This document shows, piece after piece, positions 1 through 14,674 of a stretch of 64,000 nucleotides of DNA. The DNA is from the human T2T-CHM13v2.0 reference genome, Homo sapiens, in NCBI RefSeq assembly GCF_009914755.1, contig NC_060935.1; one strand, written 5' to 3'. The position numbers and the translations under genes were made by a program. Within the stretch, counting starts at the first letter, position 1; each line of letters starts with the position of its first letter. Below the pieces are notes generated by a model that saw only the letters and a list, made by a program, of their open reading frames with translations, was not told the origin of the DNA and did not search any database.

Positions 1-3000
1 CAACATGTAAAGAAAGTGGAAGGGCAAGTGAAGACTTTCTCGGTGTTCACATTGCTTTGCTGGTTTGAAGGTGACCACTAAGGCTTAATTTTGTAAAAAG
101 CCTGGGGCACAGCATGTTCTAGAACTTTATTTGATCTTGAATTCTCAGCCTAAGATTTCTTTCTTCTCACTGATCTTTGTACATTGTTGAGTAAATTGTA
201 CTGGTTTCTTATTCTCAGACAGAATTAGAGATAATAAGATATTTGTCTGCTGTATACTCATGGATGAAAAGGATATAAAGGCCCTGTTTTATAATAATTT
301 TGTTATTATAAATAACAAAATTTATAATATGCATCTAAACATGCTTCAAATCAGAGAGAAAAAAATAATCAATTGCCTAAAAATGAGGAATTTTCCTTTT
401 AGTGGATTTAACAGTTACACATTTCTGTTTTGGAAATCAAGCTTCTTGGTTGTAACTAGAGTAGTTTAGGATGTGATGTTTTGGATAATTTTGCCAACTT
501 CATGTTCTGGTCAGAAATAAGAACATCAGGAGACAATGGCTCATGAGTTACCAAAGATTGTTGGTTTGTATGCAAGCTCACCAAATATGGAAACCAGGTT
601 TGTAAACAAAATCTTGCTTAGCCCTGCTGAGCCATTCTTCCAGAAAAAAATACTAAGTATAGATTTGTTTTATTTTTTCTTCTGTTTTACCTTAATATAT
701 AAACCAAATATTTGTTCAGCTCTCACCTCAAAGAATTAACAAAAATTATGAATGCCTATCAAATATAGAACTGGTTTATTCACATTCCTCTCTTACTATA
801 TATTCAAAAGGGTAAAAGATAACAAAGAATATAGGATTAATCTGTTTAGTTTCCTATGTTGAGAATGTACATTTAATATACATGAAGCAGTTTAATAGCA
901 ATATAAAATGTATTTAATGTTCGTAATAGTAAACATTTACCGTGTACCTAACCATGCACACCCTCCTTGAGGAACATAATCTGGTGGAAGTGGAAGATGT
1001 CAGATATAGAGAAATTTATAATAATAGTATAATGTAAGATGAGTTTCATTAGAGCTTAGGACCATGGTACTATCAGGGAGCTATTACAAAATAAGATGGT
1101 ATGTCTATGTATACTGGAGTTGGGGGAGAGAGACAGACAGAGAGGGTCCTCACACTAAAAAAAAAGCGTCTTGTTAGGCCAAGCAATACCCTATTTAATA
1201 ACTTGAAAATTACATAATGCAAAATTTACCAAGGAATGCAAAACAGCAATTCTCTTTCCAGCATATTAAGAAAAAAATAATTCTCAACTCCCAAATATCT
1301 AAGAATTATCTGGAAGCATTAAAATGCAAATTTTCAGCTTCACACCAAGATATTCTGATGCAGCAGCTCTGAAATGATGCATTGAAGTTTTCAGGTTCCA
1401 TAACCCAGGTGATTCTGATACAGACATTATGCAGATCTCATTTTGAATAATACCACCAAAAGAATAAAAATTAGATATAACTGGATATAGCTCTTTCAAT
1501 CACAGAATCCAAAGACTTAAAACTCCTTGAACAAAAACATAAATCCCTTTAAAAAAGAATTAAGAAAATAACTGTATTAAAAATCAAAGTAATTAACCAT
1601 GATAATTATCACAATTCCTTCTTTCGTTTCATCCAGATGGTACTATCAACTACAAAAGGATGATTTAGGTTTGTCTCTAAGATAAACTTTCTGACAAAAA
1701 GAGAATCATTTGGATGGTAGAACAAATTATTAGAGATGAGTAGAGAACTTCTTTTCCTTGATACAACTTAGATGGTAACTCCATGATATCAAAACAACCA
1801 TTTAAATGAGGTAGGGGGATTCAACTCATCAAGCATTTCCTAGGGAGAATCTATCAGGTGTATAACACTGTGGCAGATACTTGATGGTCTGGGGAGAAAG
1901 GATGGGATTTTCGTCCCCATAAGCCTAAGTTCTTGAGGAAACAAAACTAGCACTTAAGAGAAAAATACAAAATCCCATGAAACATGCAACTGATTATATA
2001 CAGGAAACTATAAATGCGTGGTGTAGATGATAAGCACTGGATTAGTTCAGTGAATATCAGTGTACTCTGGACTGATCTGGGGAAAGAGCAAGGATTGGGG
2101 CCTGGAGGATAGAATGTGGATTGTAACAAAGAAGAGGAAAACAGTATCAGCAAACAAATAGCACACTGTTTTGTCTCCCAGGCTGCTGGACAAGTGGTTG
2201 AGCAGGTTAAATTTTTGTTTTGGGGTCACCAAGCCACTACCTCAGATTTTCAATAATAAAAACCAATAAAGAAAGGCAGGAAGAGCAAGGAGAATAAGAC
2301 AGAGAAAAATAAAGGGGAAAATAAACCCCAATATAGAAAGAATGACTTCTACTGTTAGGCAAGCAAAAGATTTCCTCACAAAATACCCCAGAGTTTATTT
2401 AAAGTAGTAATCAGAAGAAAATAGAAAACATTTATGAACATTTATCATATATCAGACACTATCACAAGCCCTTCCATGTATAAATTCCTTTAATCTCCCA
2501 ACAACACTATGAGATAGGAACTTTCACTGTATCATCAGGATTCCTAACAGCCCATGAAGCCCTCTAAATCAGTGATTAGCTTGATGTGATCTTTCTACAA
2601 TGTATACATAGATTAAAACATCATATTATACCCTACAAATTATACATAATTATTTATCGATTTAAGAAAATATTTTTAAACTGAAAGAAGATGAATTTCA
2701 TTTGATCATTTTTAATACCTTCTGTTTTTATGTGTCTAAGAAGTCTGCTTTAGGAAAATATCCTTTATTTTCCATGGACAGTATATATTCAACCAGTTGA
2801 AATGTGAATTTTAAGAATTACAATAAGCAAATTCTGTTGAATGTTCAATACAGAGTTTATATAGATTTGCCTTATACACGTATTTTTAAATTATTAGTAT
2901 TGATGAGAAACAAAGAATGTAAACTTGTACCTCAGTCTAAGAGGATGAGAAGTCATTTAATGTGGAACAGAGAAAGCATGGAGGGCAATATCAGAAGAAA

Positions 3001-4365
3001 GCCACTTGAGAATTTAATAAGCAAACTTGGAGTAAATTGGTGACCTAAGGTAAAAAGACATCAACTGCAGTCTTGCATTTTTAGTATAGCTCAGTTCTAT
3101 CAGTAACCAGTCAAGTGGAGTTAAGAATTACAGCTGCTACTGCCTAAATTTTCCAGCAGTTCAGAAAAATCAACAGATTTTTTTTTTCTTGCAACTAGAT
3201 TTTTAGGGTAACTCTTTTGGATAATGTTTACAGTTTCAGACAACTCTGATTTTCTCCCAAATTTGCTGAGCAAAAACTAATGGCCTAAATGCAAATTCCA
3301 CTCCTGTTTGGTAATTACAAGTTTCCCTCTAACATAAACAAGAATGCTTTTTGGAAAATTGATTTTCTCACATATACCAAGCAAGTAGTCTCTTCATTGA
3401 AAGAACAGGTATCAATCCACGGACTGGTTTTAAATGTTGGTTAAATGGTCAGTAGCTGTTAATCATAGTTGTAGAAATTTTTAAGGTAATATGTTCATTG
3501 GACTAGTTTCCAATCATATCTCACAATCAATACTTTTATAATTCTATAAATTCATAACTGATCACATGCATTTCACATATTCATCGCAGTATTGATGTTA
3601 ACACTATTTGAAATTACTGAATAACGTCATAGATGCAATAAAGTGATTTGCCATGCCTATCTTATTAGAATGTTGTAACAACCCTGGAAATTATCCAGGC
3701 AAAACACCTGGTTTCTAATCCAGAGCTCTTTCCACTGCTAATAAACAAGGGTTATGAGAAGGCAAAGAGCACAGTGAACTCTCAGTTATTAACAGGAAAA
3801 CTTTCTGGTTTTCTGGAAGCCAGTCTTATCCAGTTTGACTTTTGGAAGGCCAAGCAACCCCACAAAATGGATGTACAAATTCCCTTGTTATATTTATCTC
3901 ATCCACTATAAAAACACGGGACAGACCATCCTCCTAGGAGTGTCTAGAATTTTATATTTAAAATAAGTAGTTACTGATTAAAATATTGATTCTGCTGAGC
4001 TCGCATTTACTTTAAGATATTATTGAGATTTTTTTGACCATTTCTATTTTTTAAGTGATTGAGTAATTTTCTAAATTTGCATATTAGGTAATTGAAGGTT
4101 GTGTCGTGGCTGGAATCTGGTTCATGACAAATTCCTCTTTCTAGTTGTCATTCTTTCCATTTAGTTACTCTCTGGGACTTCAGGAGAATGCACAATTTTC
4201 CAGTAAAGCCACGTGATAAGTATTTGTTTACACTTATGAAGTACTTCCTGTTTTGTTTTTTCCCACTCTTGTCTACATACAGATATAAGAAGTCTGAAAA
4301 ACTTGCCTGCTTTTCCTTAGTCCCGCTGGCTTTTCTTCATTATTTTCACCAAATAAATGAGGTAG

Positions 4366-4681
<316 letters not shown>

Positions 4682-4905
4682 GAAAACTCATCTTTTCTTA
4701 TAGCAACTACACTTAGTATCATTTCCCTTTGCTTTTCTCTATTACTCACACACACAAACCTATGCTCTATATTCCTTTTTCGCTTGTATCTTGTTTCATT
4801 CAGTGACCACCACCTGAATCAATAGGCACTGCTCAGGGAGATTAGAAGATTTGGAAGGTATAGAAGCCATGGGCATTTTAGTAATCAGAAGGAAATAACA
4901 TTCTA

Positions 4906-5728
4906 GCCTGCTTGGCCGGAACTGCCATCTTCCAGTAATTCACCAAAATAACGAATGCAAAAGGAAAGAGCAGAGGCACCCTATATATGTTCTGTAGGCC
5001 TTTTAGAAAACATGGAGTTGTTCCTGTGGCCACAAACACATGAATCTATAAGAAAGGTGATATTGTAGACATCAAGGGAATAGGTTGAAAAAGGAGTGCC
5101 CACAAGTGTTACCATGGCAAAACCGGAAGAGTCCCAGTGTTCCTCCGCATGCCGTTGGCATTGTTGTAAACATACAAGTTAAGGGCAAGATTCCTGGCAA
5201 GAGAATTAATGTGTGTATTGAGCACATTAAGCATGCTAAGAGCCAGGATAGCTTCCTGAAACGTGTGAAGGAAAATGATGGGAAAAAGAAGGAAGCCAAA
5301 GAGAGAAGTACCTGGGTTCAGGTGAAGCGCCAGCCTGCTCCACCCAGAGAAGTGCATTTTGTGAGAACCAACTGGAAGGAGCTTGAGCTGCTGAGACCCC
5401 TTCCCTATGGATTCATGGCATAATAGGTGTAGAAAAGTAAAAGGCCTCTGAACTGTAAAAATGTTTCTCTTCTTTGAGTAGAAGTGGGTGTCCTCTCCCC
5501 TAAAGAAATATTTAAAGCAAATTTAAATTTTGCCCTTATTCATTGTGTAATGTCTTTACTATTAATATTAAATTTAATGTTTTTCTTGCTGAAAGATGTG
5601 GCTTATTGTGCAACAAATTACTCAATTGGTTAGAAAACGGCCAGATATTACTTATAAAATATTTTTACTGGTTTGAAAACTGTCCCTCTAAATCATCATG
5701 TAAGAAATAAAATAATTTTGAAAAAAAA
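4906..5728 (+). pseudogene. RPL21P: RPL21 (60S ribosomal protein L21/eL21) processed pseudogene
   Basis: Intronless copy from the 5' UTR (GGCCGGAACTGCCATCTTCCAGTAATT) through ...[27 protein letters not shown]...PLPYGFMA* (TAA 5421-23). Start codon mutated to ATA (4948-50), premature TGA at 5041-43, small frameshifting deletions. AATAAA at 5706-11, A8 tail at 5721-28, short TSD-like a..ttcta on both flanks. Confidence 0.95.
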
Positions 5729-6103
5729 TTCTAAGTAATTCTGGGCAAAGTATATAATTTATGCAATTGCATATAAATCTATGCCAGCAACTGCATCAAA
5801 CCACAACTTTTATTTTTAAAGTTTATATTACTCTAAAAAAATACAGAAGGTTTCCAAATGATCAGTTTTCTTCAAGTCTTACAGATAATTATTTTAAGAA
5901 AAGGCTTTTCATGAGTTTTAGCAGGATCTTTAAATAAAGTTACCACATTATAAGCACAAAAAAGTTTTTTTCTTTGTCTTTACATATAAAGACAAAAAGG
6001 GAAGCATGTTTTACATAGACAGCCATAAAAGACAAAAAAGCAAGAATGCCTCAGAGACCTAAGAGTAGAGCCAGAAGGCAAAAGCCCAGAATAAACTGTA
6101 GAA

Positions 6104-6435
6104 CAGGGGTCCCCAATCCCAACCCTTGGCGGTTGATGGGTACCTGTCCATGGCCTGTTAGGAAATGGGCGACACAGGAGGTGAGCGGCGGGGACATTAC
6201 CGCATGAGCTCTGCCTCCTGTCAGACCAGCAGCAGCATTAGATTCTCATAGGAGCGCAAATCCTATTGTGAACTGAGCATGCGAGAGATCCAGGCTATGG
6301 CTCCTTATGAGAATCTAATGTCTGATGACCTGATGTGGGACAATTTCATCCTGAAACCATCCACTCCCAACCCCCATGAAAAAACTGTCTTCCACAAAAC
6401 TGGTCCCTGGTGCCAAAAAGTCTGGAGACCCACTG
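6104..6435 (+). mobile_element. MER1B-like hAT-Charlie MITE
   Basis: CAGGGGTCCCCAA start, ...GACCCACTG end, internal GATTCTCATAGGAGCG/CTCCTTATGAGAATC; 8-bp TSD CTGTAGAA/CTTTAGAA. Confidence 0.85.
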
Positions 6436-7204
6436 CTTTAGAAAGTGGAAGATGCTGAGGGCTTCTTTAGTTGTGTTCAGGGTAAGAGAATGGAGAAGAC
6501 GTGAACACTGCTGGGGAGTATCACACTGAATAAAGAGAAACAGAACTACTCAGGTCCTAGTTTAATTTGTCTTCTTTGTTACTGTGGATGTCAGTCTGAA
6601 ATTAAAGATAGCTTCCAGCATGTGTAAGATCCCCTACACTCTGCACTACACGTGTAATCACATCTGTAGTTTTATGTTTGGTTCTAGGTTTAATATTTTA
6701 ACAGGACTCAAAGGATACTTAAGTATCTTGAAGCAAATAGCATTTGTTCATGAATTCATTTTTTTCAATAAACACTTCTTAAGCATCAACTATATGCCAG
6801 GCTCCATATTATATGCTAGAAAGTAGACTCTCAGTCATTTAACTCATGCATGCCTGTCAGGTTCCCAGCATTATAAACAAGCCAGTTAAGTTCCTTGCTA
6901 TCGCAGAGCACACAGATACATTAAAAACTTAAAATACAGTATAAAAATCACTGTAGTAAAAGGTGTGTAAAAGCAAAGTAAAGCATTTATGAAGCACAGA
7001 GGACAGAATAACTCATTTGGCTGGAAGACGAAAGGGTCCAAACTGGGCCTTGATGAATGAGTGACTCAGTATGGAGGAAGGGATGAAGCACACTGCAGGT
7101 GGAGGGTTGCATCTGCAGTCACTGAGGTGCAAAAGGACAGAGAGGCTGCATCAGGAATAAGGAGCAATTTGATCATATGAGAAGCAGTCAGAGAAACCAG
7201 AATT

Positions 7205-7530
7205 TTTTAACCTGGAAAATACAAGACTTATGGCTGGTGTACTATTGTTATTCTCAAATATCTGAAAGTCTGTCAAGTGATAAAGAGAAATTCCATTCTG
7301 TAGGGCAAAATCAGAATCAATCCATGGAAGTGACAGAGGGGTATATCAGGGGTTGATGTCAGAAAAAAACTTGCAATGAGAGTTGTTTCAATGGAATGAG
7401 GTGTCTTTTATGGAAATAACATCAAACTACAGGAAATACTGAAGCAGAGCTCGAATATGTCAGAGGATTAAAGAGGCAACTTCTACGTTGGGTTGAGTGC
7501 TGACCTGTAAAGTCCAATTCTTTAGGTTAT
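7205..7530 (+). mobile_element. L3/CR1 LINE 3' fragment, degenerate
   Basis: TTTAACCTGGAAAATACAAGACT...CAAATATCTGAAAG...GAAAAAAACTT...AATGGAATGAG resembles the CR1 ORF2 3' end. Confidence 0.55.
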
Positions 7531-9404
7531 TCAAAAGCTAAGATCAGGTCATAGTATTCTAAGAGAACACACTAGATAGAATTTAAGAGAATCTGGGAGA
7601 GGGAAGAGACCTTGGAGATTATTGAATCCAATACTTTCACTTTGCAGATGAGAAATTGAAGCCCTGGAAAGATAAATGGCTAGTTTAAGGTCATCTAGCA
7701 AATCAGTGGCTCCATCTGAACTGGAATCCTCTCTTCAGCTTCCTGTGTGTTGATCATTGCACAATATCACACTGCTACTATGAAATGAATTCCAATATCT
7801 CAACCTAGAATTCTCAGTGAATGTACAGATATTATAACCAAAACACAATCTATAATCTTAAAGGAAAAATGGGGAACAAGATGCTCAACTGCTACAGAAC
7901 TGGAGATGGGCATACATTTTTCCTGATTTTTCAAAAATACAGAATTTTATAGTGATTTTTATCTCAATACAGGAGAATATAAACCAGATTAATAAATAAT
8001 GATAAACAGAAAGAAGAGGTGATCACAAGGAACCAGCACGGAAGAATAATTGCAAAGTAACCTTTATTTTTTAACGTGGTAAGGAAATTTGTTCATTCCA
8101 TCCATTTCTTTATTCTATCAACAGAGATGTTTAAGTGCCTGTGATTGGTCCCACACTCACCTATGGACATATCAGGAAGATAAAAGACTAAGTCTCTGGC
8201 TTCAAGGAGTTCAGAATAATACGATGCAATATGCCCGATGACACTATAGGAGGTAAGAGAGGATGTTTGGGAGTGGGTGTGGGTAAGGAAATCATTCCCA
8301 GAAGAGGTGATATCTATGCTAGGATTAGGAATTTTGGAGGCTGAGTAAGAGCCAGGTGAGGACTTTCAAGGTGGAGAAAGTAGAATATAAAGGAATAGCT
8401 CATTTGAGAAATTGAAGGCAGTGTAGTGCTGTGCTGTGCTGTGCTGTGACTATAATGTATTTGTATTTCAGCAGTTGACAAAAATCTAAATGATACATAA
8501 CTTTTGTGCATAATATACAAGGTACATGGATTACTGACTGGCTAAATGGGCCCTCCACATTGGAAAGAGGACCACATTGATGTAAATGGGAGGAAAGGTT
8601 TTAAGTGGCTTTGTCCAGTTTTATGTGGTTAAAAATAAAGCAAAAGTATGATTTGAGGGAGAAATAATGTAACGACTAATATAGAAAATTCACAGGTATG
8701 AAGCTTTAGTTAACAACATATTCTATGAGACAAAGTGAAGCAAATTAGGATTATTAAAGATATTGTAGAACAGATAAAAGCATCAAGGACAAGATTTCTT
8801 CTGACTTTAAGAATCTGTATTTGTGCAGATGATAGTTTTACAAAATGAGAGGCCCAAGTGACTAGAAAGAGCGCACAACTAGAAATATTTCTGAATTCAA
8901 GTCTAGGATGTGCCATTTATTATACATCCAATCTTAGGCAACCTCCTTGGGATCCATTTTCCCTGTCTCCAAAGAGAGAAGGTTAGCCTAGATACTCTTT
9001 ATTAAATTTCCAGTTTTAAAAATAACTCCACAATACAATTAGCCTTTAAGAATTCAACACTTATTTCATATCCCAAGTTCCTAGACTATTGTAGGTCCTC
9101 AGCAAGTATTTCCTGAATGAATGAATCAATTACTTCTGTATAGGCCTCCACTGTATCCTATGAGTTACAAAGGACAACGGGAAAAACAGGGAAAATGGTC
9201 TGCCACACTGGGGCCGGGTAAAAATTCATATTTTAAGGTTGGTCCCTCTTCTTTCATTGGAGGATATATATAATCAGCAAAAGAGAAAGTATGCCTTCTT
9301 TATAGAACCTTTATTGACTTTTTGTATTAAAACAGTAATACATACTCATCATATTATATAGAGTGACGTAAACTAAAAACCCCTGGTAATTCTATTACCA
9401 GTAA

Positions 9405-9833
<429 letters not shown>

Positions 9834-9849
9834 TATACATACACATTTT

Positions 9850-10305
9850 TAAAACAAGTATCCTATTGTGCCTATCTATATGCTGCTTTAAAGCCAGTCT
9901 TTTACTCCCTTTGAAAATACAGTGTGGATTTTTCAAGATGGCATAGTACTCTATTGCATAAATATGCTGTAATTTATTCAACAAATTTTCTATGCTTAAA
10001 CATTTAGGTTATTTCATTTTTTCTATCAAATATGTTATGATAAAAATCTTTTGAAAGTTTTAAAATTTATTCTTTAAGATGATAGGCATAGAATTGTTGG
10101 GTGAGAAAATATGAAACTTACTAAGGCTTTTGGATGTATCTCCCTAAATGACTTCCAGAAAAGGCTATGCCAATGTATATTCCCTCCAGCAAAGTATAAC
10201 AATTCCTGTCTCCTTGTGTCATCAAACATGGGCATTATCAATTTTTAAAATCTGTGCCAATTTGGAAGGCAAAAATACCATAGTTGTTTTAATATGCATT
10301 TCTTG
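9850..10305 (-). mobile_element. Old L1M(E) 3' fragment
   Basis: CCAGAAAAGGCTATGCCAATGTATATTCCCTCCAGCA...TTTTAATATGCATTTC, typical of the antisense L1ME 3' region. Confidence 0.6.
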
Positions 10306-10438
10306 TCTTGGCTTACATTTGTTTAATTCCTTTAATAGTAGGTCAACATTATAAACAGGGTTGTACTAGAATGTGTGCCATACAGTGAATTAGAAAAATA
10401 CACAAAAGATTACTGGACATCTTATACAAGTGAAATCA

Positions 10439-10475
10439 TTTATTTATCTATTCATTTTCATTTATTCCATTTATT
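10439..10475 (-). terminator. Cluster of three AATAAA hexamers (10439-44, 10461-66, 10470-75) at an L2 3' end; probable distal DCUN1D5 poly(A) site
   Basis: Three TTTATT on + within 37 nt. The position agrees with my recollection of an approximately 41.5-kb annotated gene span (unverified). Confidence 0.5.
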
Positions 10476-10640
10476 GAGTGCTTTTCTATACTGTGGATAG
10501 TTCTGAGTACTGGTGAAATAAAAGCAAAAACACACAGTCCCTGCTCTCAAGGAGCTCACAGTTAAGAAAACAGATATGTAAGTATGCTACTGTAATATGG
10601 TGTTATCAGCACTCTAATAAAAGTATATACAAGGTTAGTA
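10440..10640 (-). mobile_element. L2 3' end
   Basis: ATTTATTGAGTGC...AGTCCCTGCTCTCAAGGAGCTCACAG, the L2 terminal signature read antisense on +. Confidence 0.7.
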
Positions 10641-13124
10641 GTGTCTCCATGATGGGTAAGGAAAGGGTGTTTCTTTAAAAATAATCAGACCCAGAATAAG
10701 GGGGGAAACCCTCCATGTCTACAGGATGCAGTAGAGATCTTGGGCATTCCAGAGACAAAGAAAGGTGCTGCAACTTCTGGACATAAAGAAGTTCCAATAA
10801 ATCCAATCTTACATCATAAAGACTAAGCTTACCATCACCAATTCATACATTGGAAGTTCAAGAACCAGATTTCCCTTATTCAGTTGGTGGTCTGTCATCT
10901 TTTTTCCAATTATTTTGTAACATTGGACTAGTCAACATACCATCTTATGACCAAATTTAAAACAAATTACTGGTTAAGGAAAAAAATGACTCATTAGTAA
11001 GTAAAGTGACAAGCAGAACAAATGAACCATCCATCCTTCAGGAAACTTTTTTAAAAAAAGATTTTCTGCATGGTTTATCTTGTGGTTTGCTTCTTCTGAC
11101 AAGGCAGCAACCTTAGAAATGATATCAGCATGAAAAGTTCATGACTTATTCACCTGTGACATAACTTTGGAGTCTCATGGGAGTTCCAAAGTTTTTCTCC
11201 TGATCATGAGATTTGGTGGCTTCACATATTTACTTCCCCCCCCCGCCACCCCTGTGTTAACAGGTTTACTGGCAGATGCAGGAGGTGACATTCCAGTGGC
11301 TCCATTATTTTCATTAGTCAATATCATTTATTCTTTGTCATTAAACAAATATTTGGAACCCACTACATTCAAAGCATAGCATTAGGTTTTACTTAGCATT
11401 TTACAAACACTTTTAAGTACAATATCAATATGCACATCAATCTTACCTCTACCTCACAGAAGAGGAAAAAGGGAGCTCAAGTTATCTTCTCAAGGTCACA
11501 TAGTCACTAAGAAGCAAAGGACTCTGAACACAGATCTCTGAACTCCAAACCCAGGGCTCTTTCCAGCCTTCCTTACTAGTCTCCCTGTCCTCAGATTTTC
11601 CTGCTGCCTAATTAATGTTCTTAAAACACCAAAGTAGCCCCAGCCTTCATCGCGTCTCATCTGCTCTGAAAATCCACTTTGACTATTTCAGTCCACAGAA
11701 CTCACTCTCCTCTGAACTCCTATAGCTTATTGTCATATTATTCAACTGGCACTAACTCAGAAAATGCTTAGTGAGATCTGTCTTTAATTATGAAATAATT
11801 TTAGTGTCTATTTAGAAGACACTGTGCCCGGTTATGTGAGACTGCTCCAGTACTACTTAAACGTAAGTTTTATTCAGTTCTGCAAATGCTTTTGACAACC
11901 TACCATGAGTCAGGCACCATGCTGAGAGCTGAAGACATGGTTTCTGCCCTCAAGAATCTCAGTCTAATGGGAATGTGGATATGTAAACGTTTTACAGACA
12001 TATGTGTACAATTGGTCATTCATTCATTAATTCAGTAAGCAAACTCAATTTGCAGGCCATGAGAGATAAGTAAAATACGGTCCATTTCTTTTAAGTAACT
12101 TGCAGTCTAGGATCAAAGAGAGACGTGAATTTTTTCATTCATTAAATACCTATTATGTGGTGGAAACAAGTGAGGAACACCTATGAATAACATGGTCTCT
12201 GTTCACAGAGCTGTTTCCTTTTTAAGGATCATAATCTTCAAAGGTAGAAACTAACAACTACACTGTTTTATCCTGTGTAATAAGAGGGCATAGCAAAGCC
12301 TGGGCCTATGGATATTTATTGGATATTGATTCATTCCTTCATTCTTGTATCTACTCCAAGTCTCTCTTGGTAGTTCTTACATATCATCCTTTTTTAGACC
12401 AGCTCTAGATAATGAATCTAAGATAGAATTATCATAAACCTTATAGTTCTAGTGTAAGTATTTCCAAAGATACTTGGAATATTTTTCATGTTATTCCAAA
12501 CACCAACCACTTCTTGGCTTTTTATAGAGAGAATAAAATAGAAATTCCTAAATAGAAATTCAGTTTTCTCACTCTATTACTTTGTTCACATGTTTGATGT
12601 CAAGGTGCAAATGTGCAAGTAGTGGTTTTTAAAACCTGCTATTCAGAGAGCAAGGAGTTCCTTTGAGGTTTTTCAGAAATAATACTAGCAGCGAGGAAGA
12701 CAGGGAGCTTCCCACTTAACCAGAGTATTTTAGCTTTCTGTTTTAAATACTGTGCTTCTAGGTAAAACTTATTTTGCAATAGGGTCCTGCTACTTAATTA
12801 AAAAAAAACTGATTTAAGAGACTCAATGTAATAAGACATCATAGAATTTTGGCTTTTTATTTTTTAATATTTCTCTTTTTTAAAAATAGAGTCCTTCCTA
12901 TGAAGTCAAACCAATCCACTTTTAAAGACAGCCATAGTAGCTATGTTACTGAGCATTTATTACTTGGTGCCAACTACACTGTAAATTGATCATTTAGTCA
13001 TATTTAGCATCCATTTAATGAACCATTTCACTATACTGCCTACAAAGAAAGCAAGTAATACAAATCAGTGTGCATCGACATTACAGATTAATTTCCTAAG
13101 AGATTTGCATTTCTAAATATGTCT

Positions 13125-13499
13125 ATGTAGACAGAAGAAATAAGACCTGGTGTTCGATATATCAGTAGGATGACTGATCTATTAACACTAAACTATTGTA
13201 CATTTCAAAATAGCTAAAGAGAATTCGAATGTTCCTAGTGTAAAGAAAACATAAATATTTAAGGTGATGGATATCCCAATTATCTTCATTTAATTATATG
13301 AATATATCATACTATCACATGTACCCCCCAAATAAATACATTATGTATCAATGAATTTTAATTATATGAATATATCATACTATCACATGTACCCCCAAAT
13401 AAATACATCATGTATCAATGAATTTTAATTATATGAATATATCATATTATCACATGTACCCCCCAAATAAATACATCTATTATGTATCAATGAAAAAAA
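13125..13499 (+). mobile_element. L1MA 3' end containing an internal tandem triplication
   Basis: ATTGTACATTTCAAAATAGCT...AATATTTAAGGTGATGGATATCCCAAT...CACATGTACCCC, followed by an A-rich end. Confidence 0.75.
13289..13494. repeat. Minisatellite: 3 copies of a 67-68 bp unit (TTTAATTATATGAATATATCATACTATCACATGTACCCCC...ATGTATCAATGAA)
   Basis: Copies start at 13289, 13357 and 13424 and are nearly identical. Confidence 0.92.
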
Positions 13500-14674
13500 T
13501 GTATCTGAGTGGGTCAATTTTTCCATTTGACTCTACTATATATAACACTTATTGAACACAAGTCCATCCTATGAGGTTCAATTGATGTTTTTCCAGATAG
13601 CAAAGAGTAACTAATATTTACTGCCTGTATTTCATTTCATCCTCAAAATAATGCTATTAGATAAGGACTATTATTATCCTCATGTTACAGACAAGGAAAT
13701 GAAAGAACTAGCACACAGAAATAGGTACCCTAAAAGGACTAGGGGTGCAAGAGGACCATGTATGGGAAAACTTTCCAGGTGAAAAGCAGGAAAAAGAACC
13801 TCATTCCAGAAGGTTCCATTTCATGTCAAACTTCTCAAACTGACGTAAGCCAGATAGAGAGAACCTCCCAATTTCCACATCTATGTCTCCTGTTTACTCC
13901 AATGACTAAAAAAGGCTTGACCTCCCACTCTCTATGGCTGCCAATAACTGCTCTTGAGGAATGGGGTTAAAGTCTGCTTGAAGAAGTAGTGGGAGCAAAG
14001 ATAGAAGGTTAGAATTGTCTCCATAATCTTTAGACGTGTTAATAGGAAAAGCATCTCTCTAAGGGTAAAAATGTGAAAATAAGTTTTTTCAAAGGCCCCA
14101 ATTCCCTGACCGTTTTCTTATTTTTCTCTCTCTCATTATTCACATGTTCAAACACTGTAAACTGAATTGTGTGATGGGCACTTGGAGGCACCAAAAATAA
14201 GTGAGTCAGGATTTCTATTATTGAAGGGAAAAAGACATTTAAATAGATACAGCACAAGATATTAAGTGCTGTAAGATGCTACAACAAAGCTTATTTAGGC
14301 AGGGACTATATTTTATTCATCTTTGTAGCCACGCTCATATAATAATACCCAGCACATAGTTAATTATTTCCTGAAAAAATGTTTTCATGTCCAGGATTTC
14401 TTCTGACTGGCTTTAATATTCATATATGTGGTGGAAGACCCTCTATATCAAATCTGAGTATAATTAAGCTACACTTGAGTTTCCTTGGAAACTCCTTGGA
14501 ATATAAATATACATTTATATTCAAATGTATATTAGCGTCAACTGCCAGTCCTAGATGTACTAAAATCAATTAGCCTTATTTTATGCTTTCCTAGCACTAG
14601 AAAAAAACATAGTAGATGGCAAACCTGTCACATAAGAAACAACTGCATTCATTAATTGAGATTGAATGTAGGTG

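Noticed and set aside
5085-5423. 112-aa ORF with an RPL21-like C-terminus as a functional gene
   Set aside because: It starts at TTG inside a frameshifted region. The true start is mutated (ATA) and there is an upstream premature stop, so this is a processed pseudogene.
13289-13494. CRISPR-like or other repeat-spacer array
   Set aside because: Head-to-tail copies without unique spacers, inside a mammalian L1 tail; an ordinary minisatellite.
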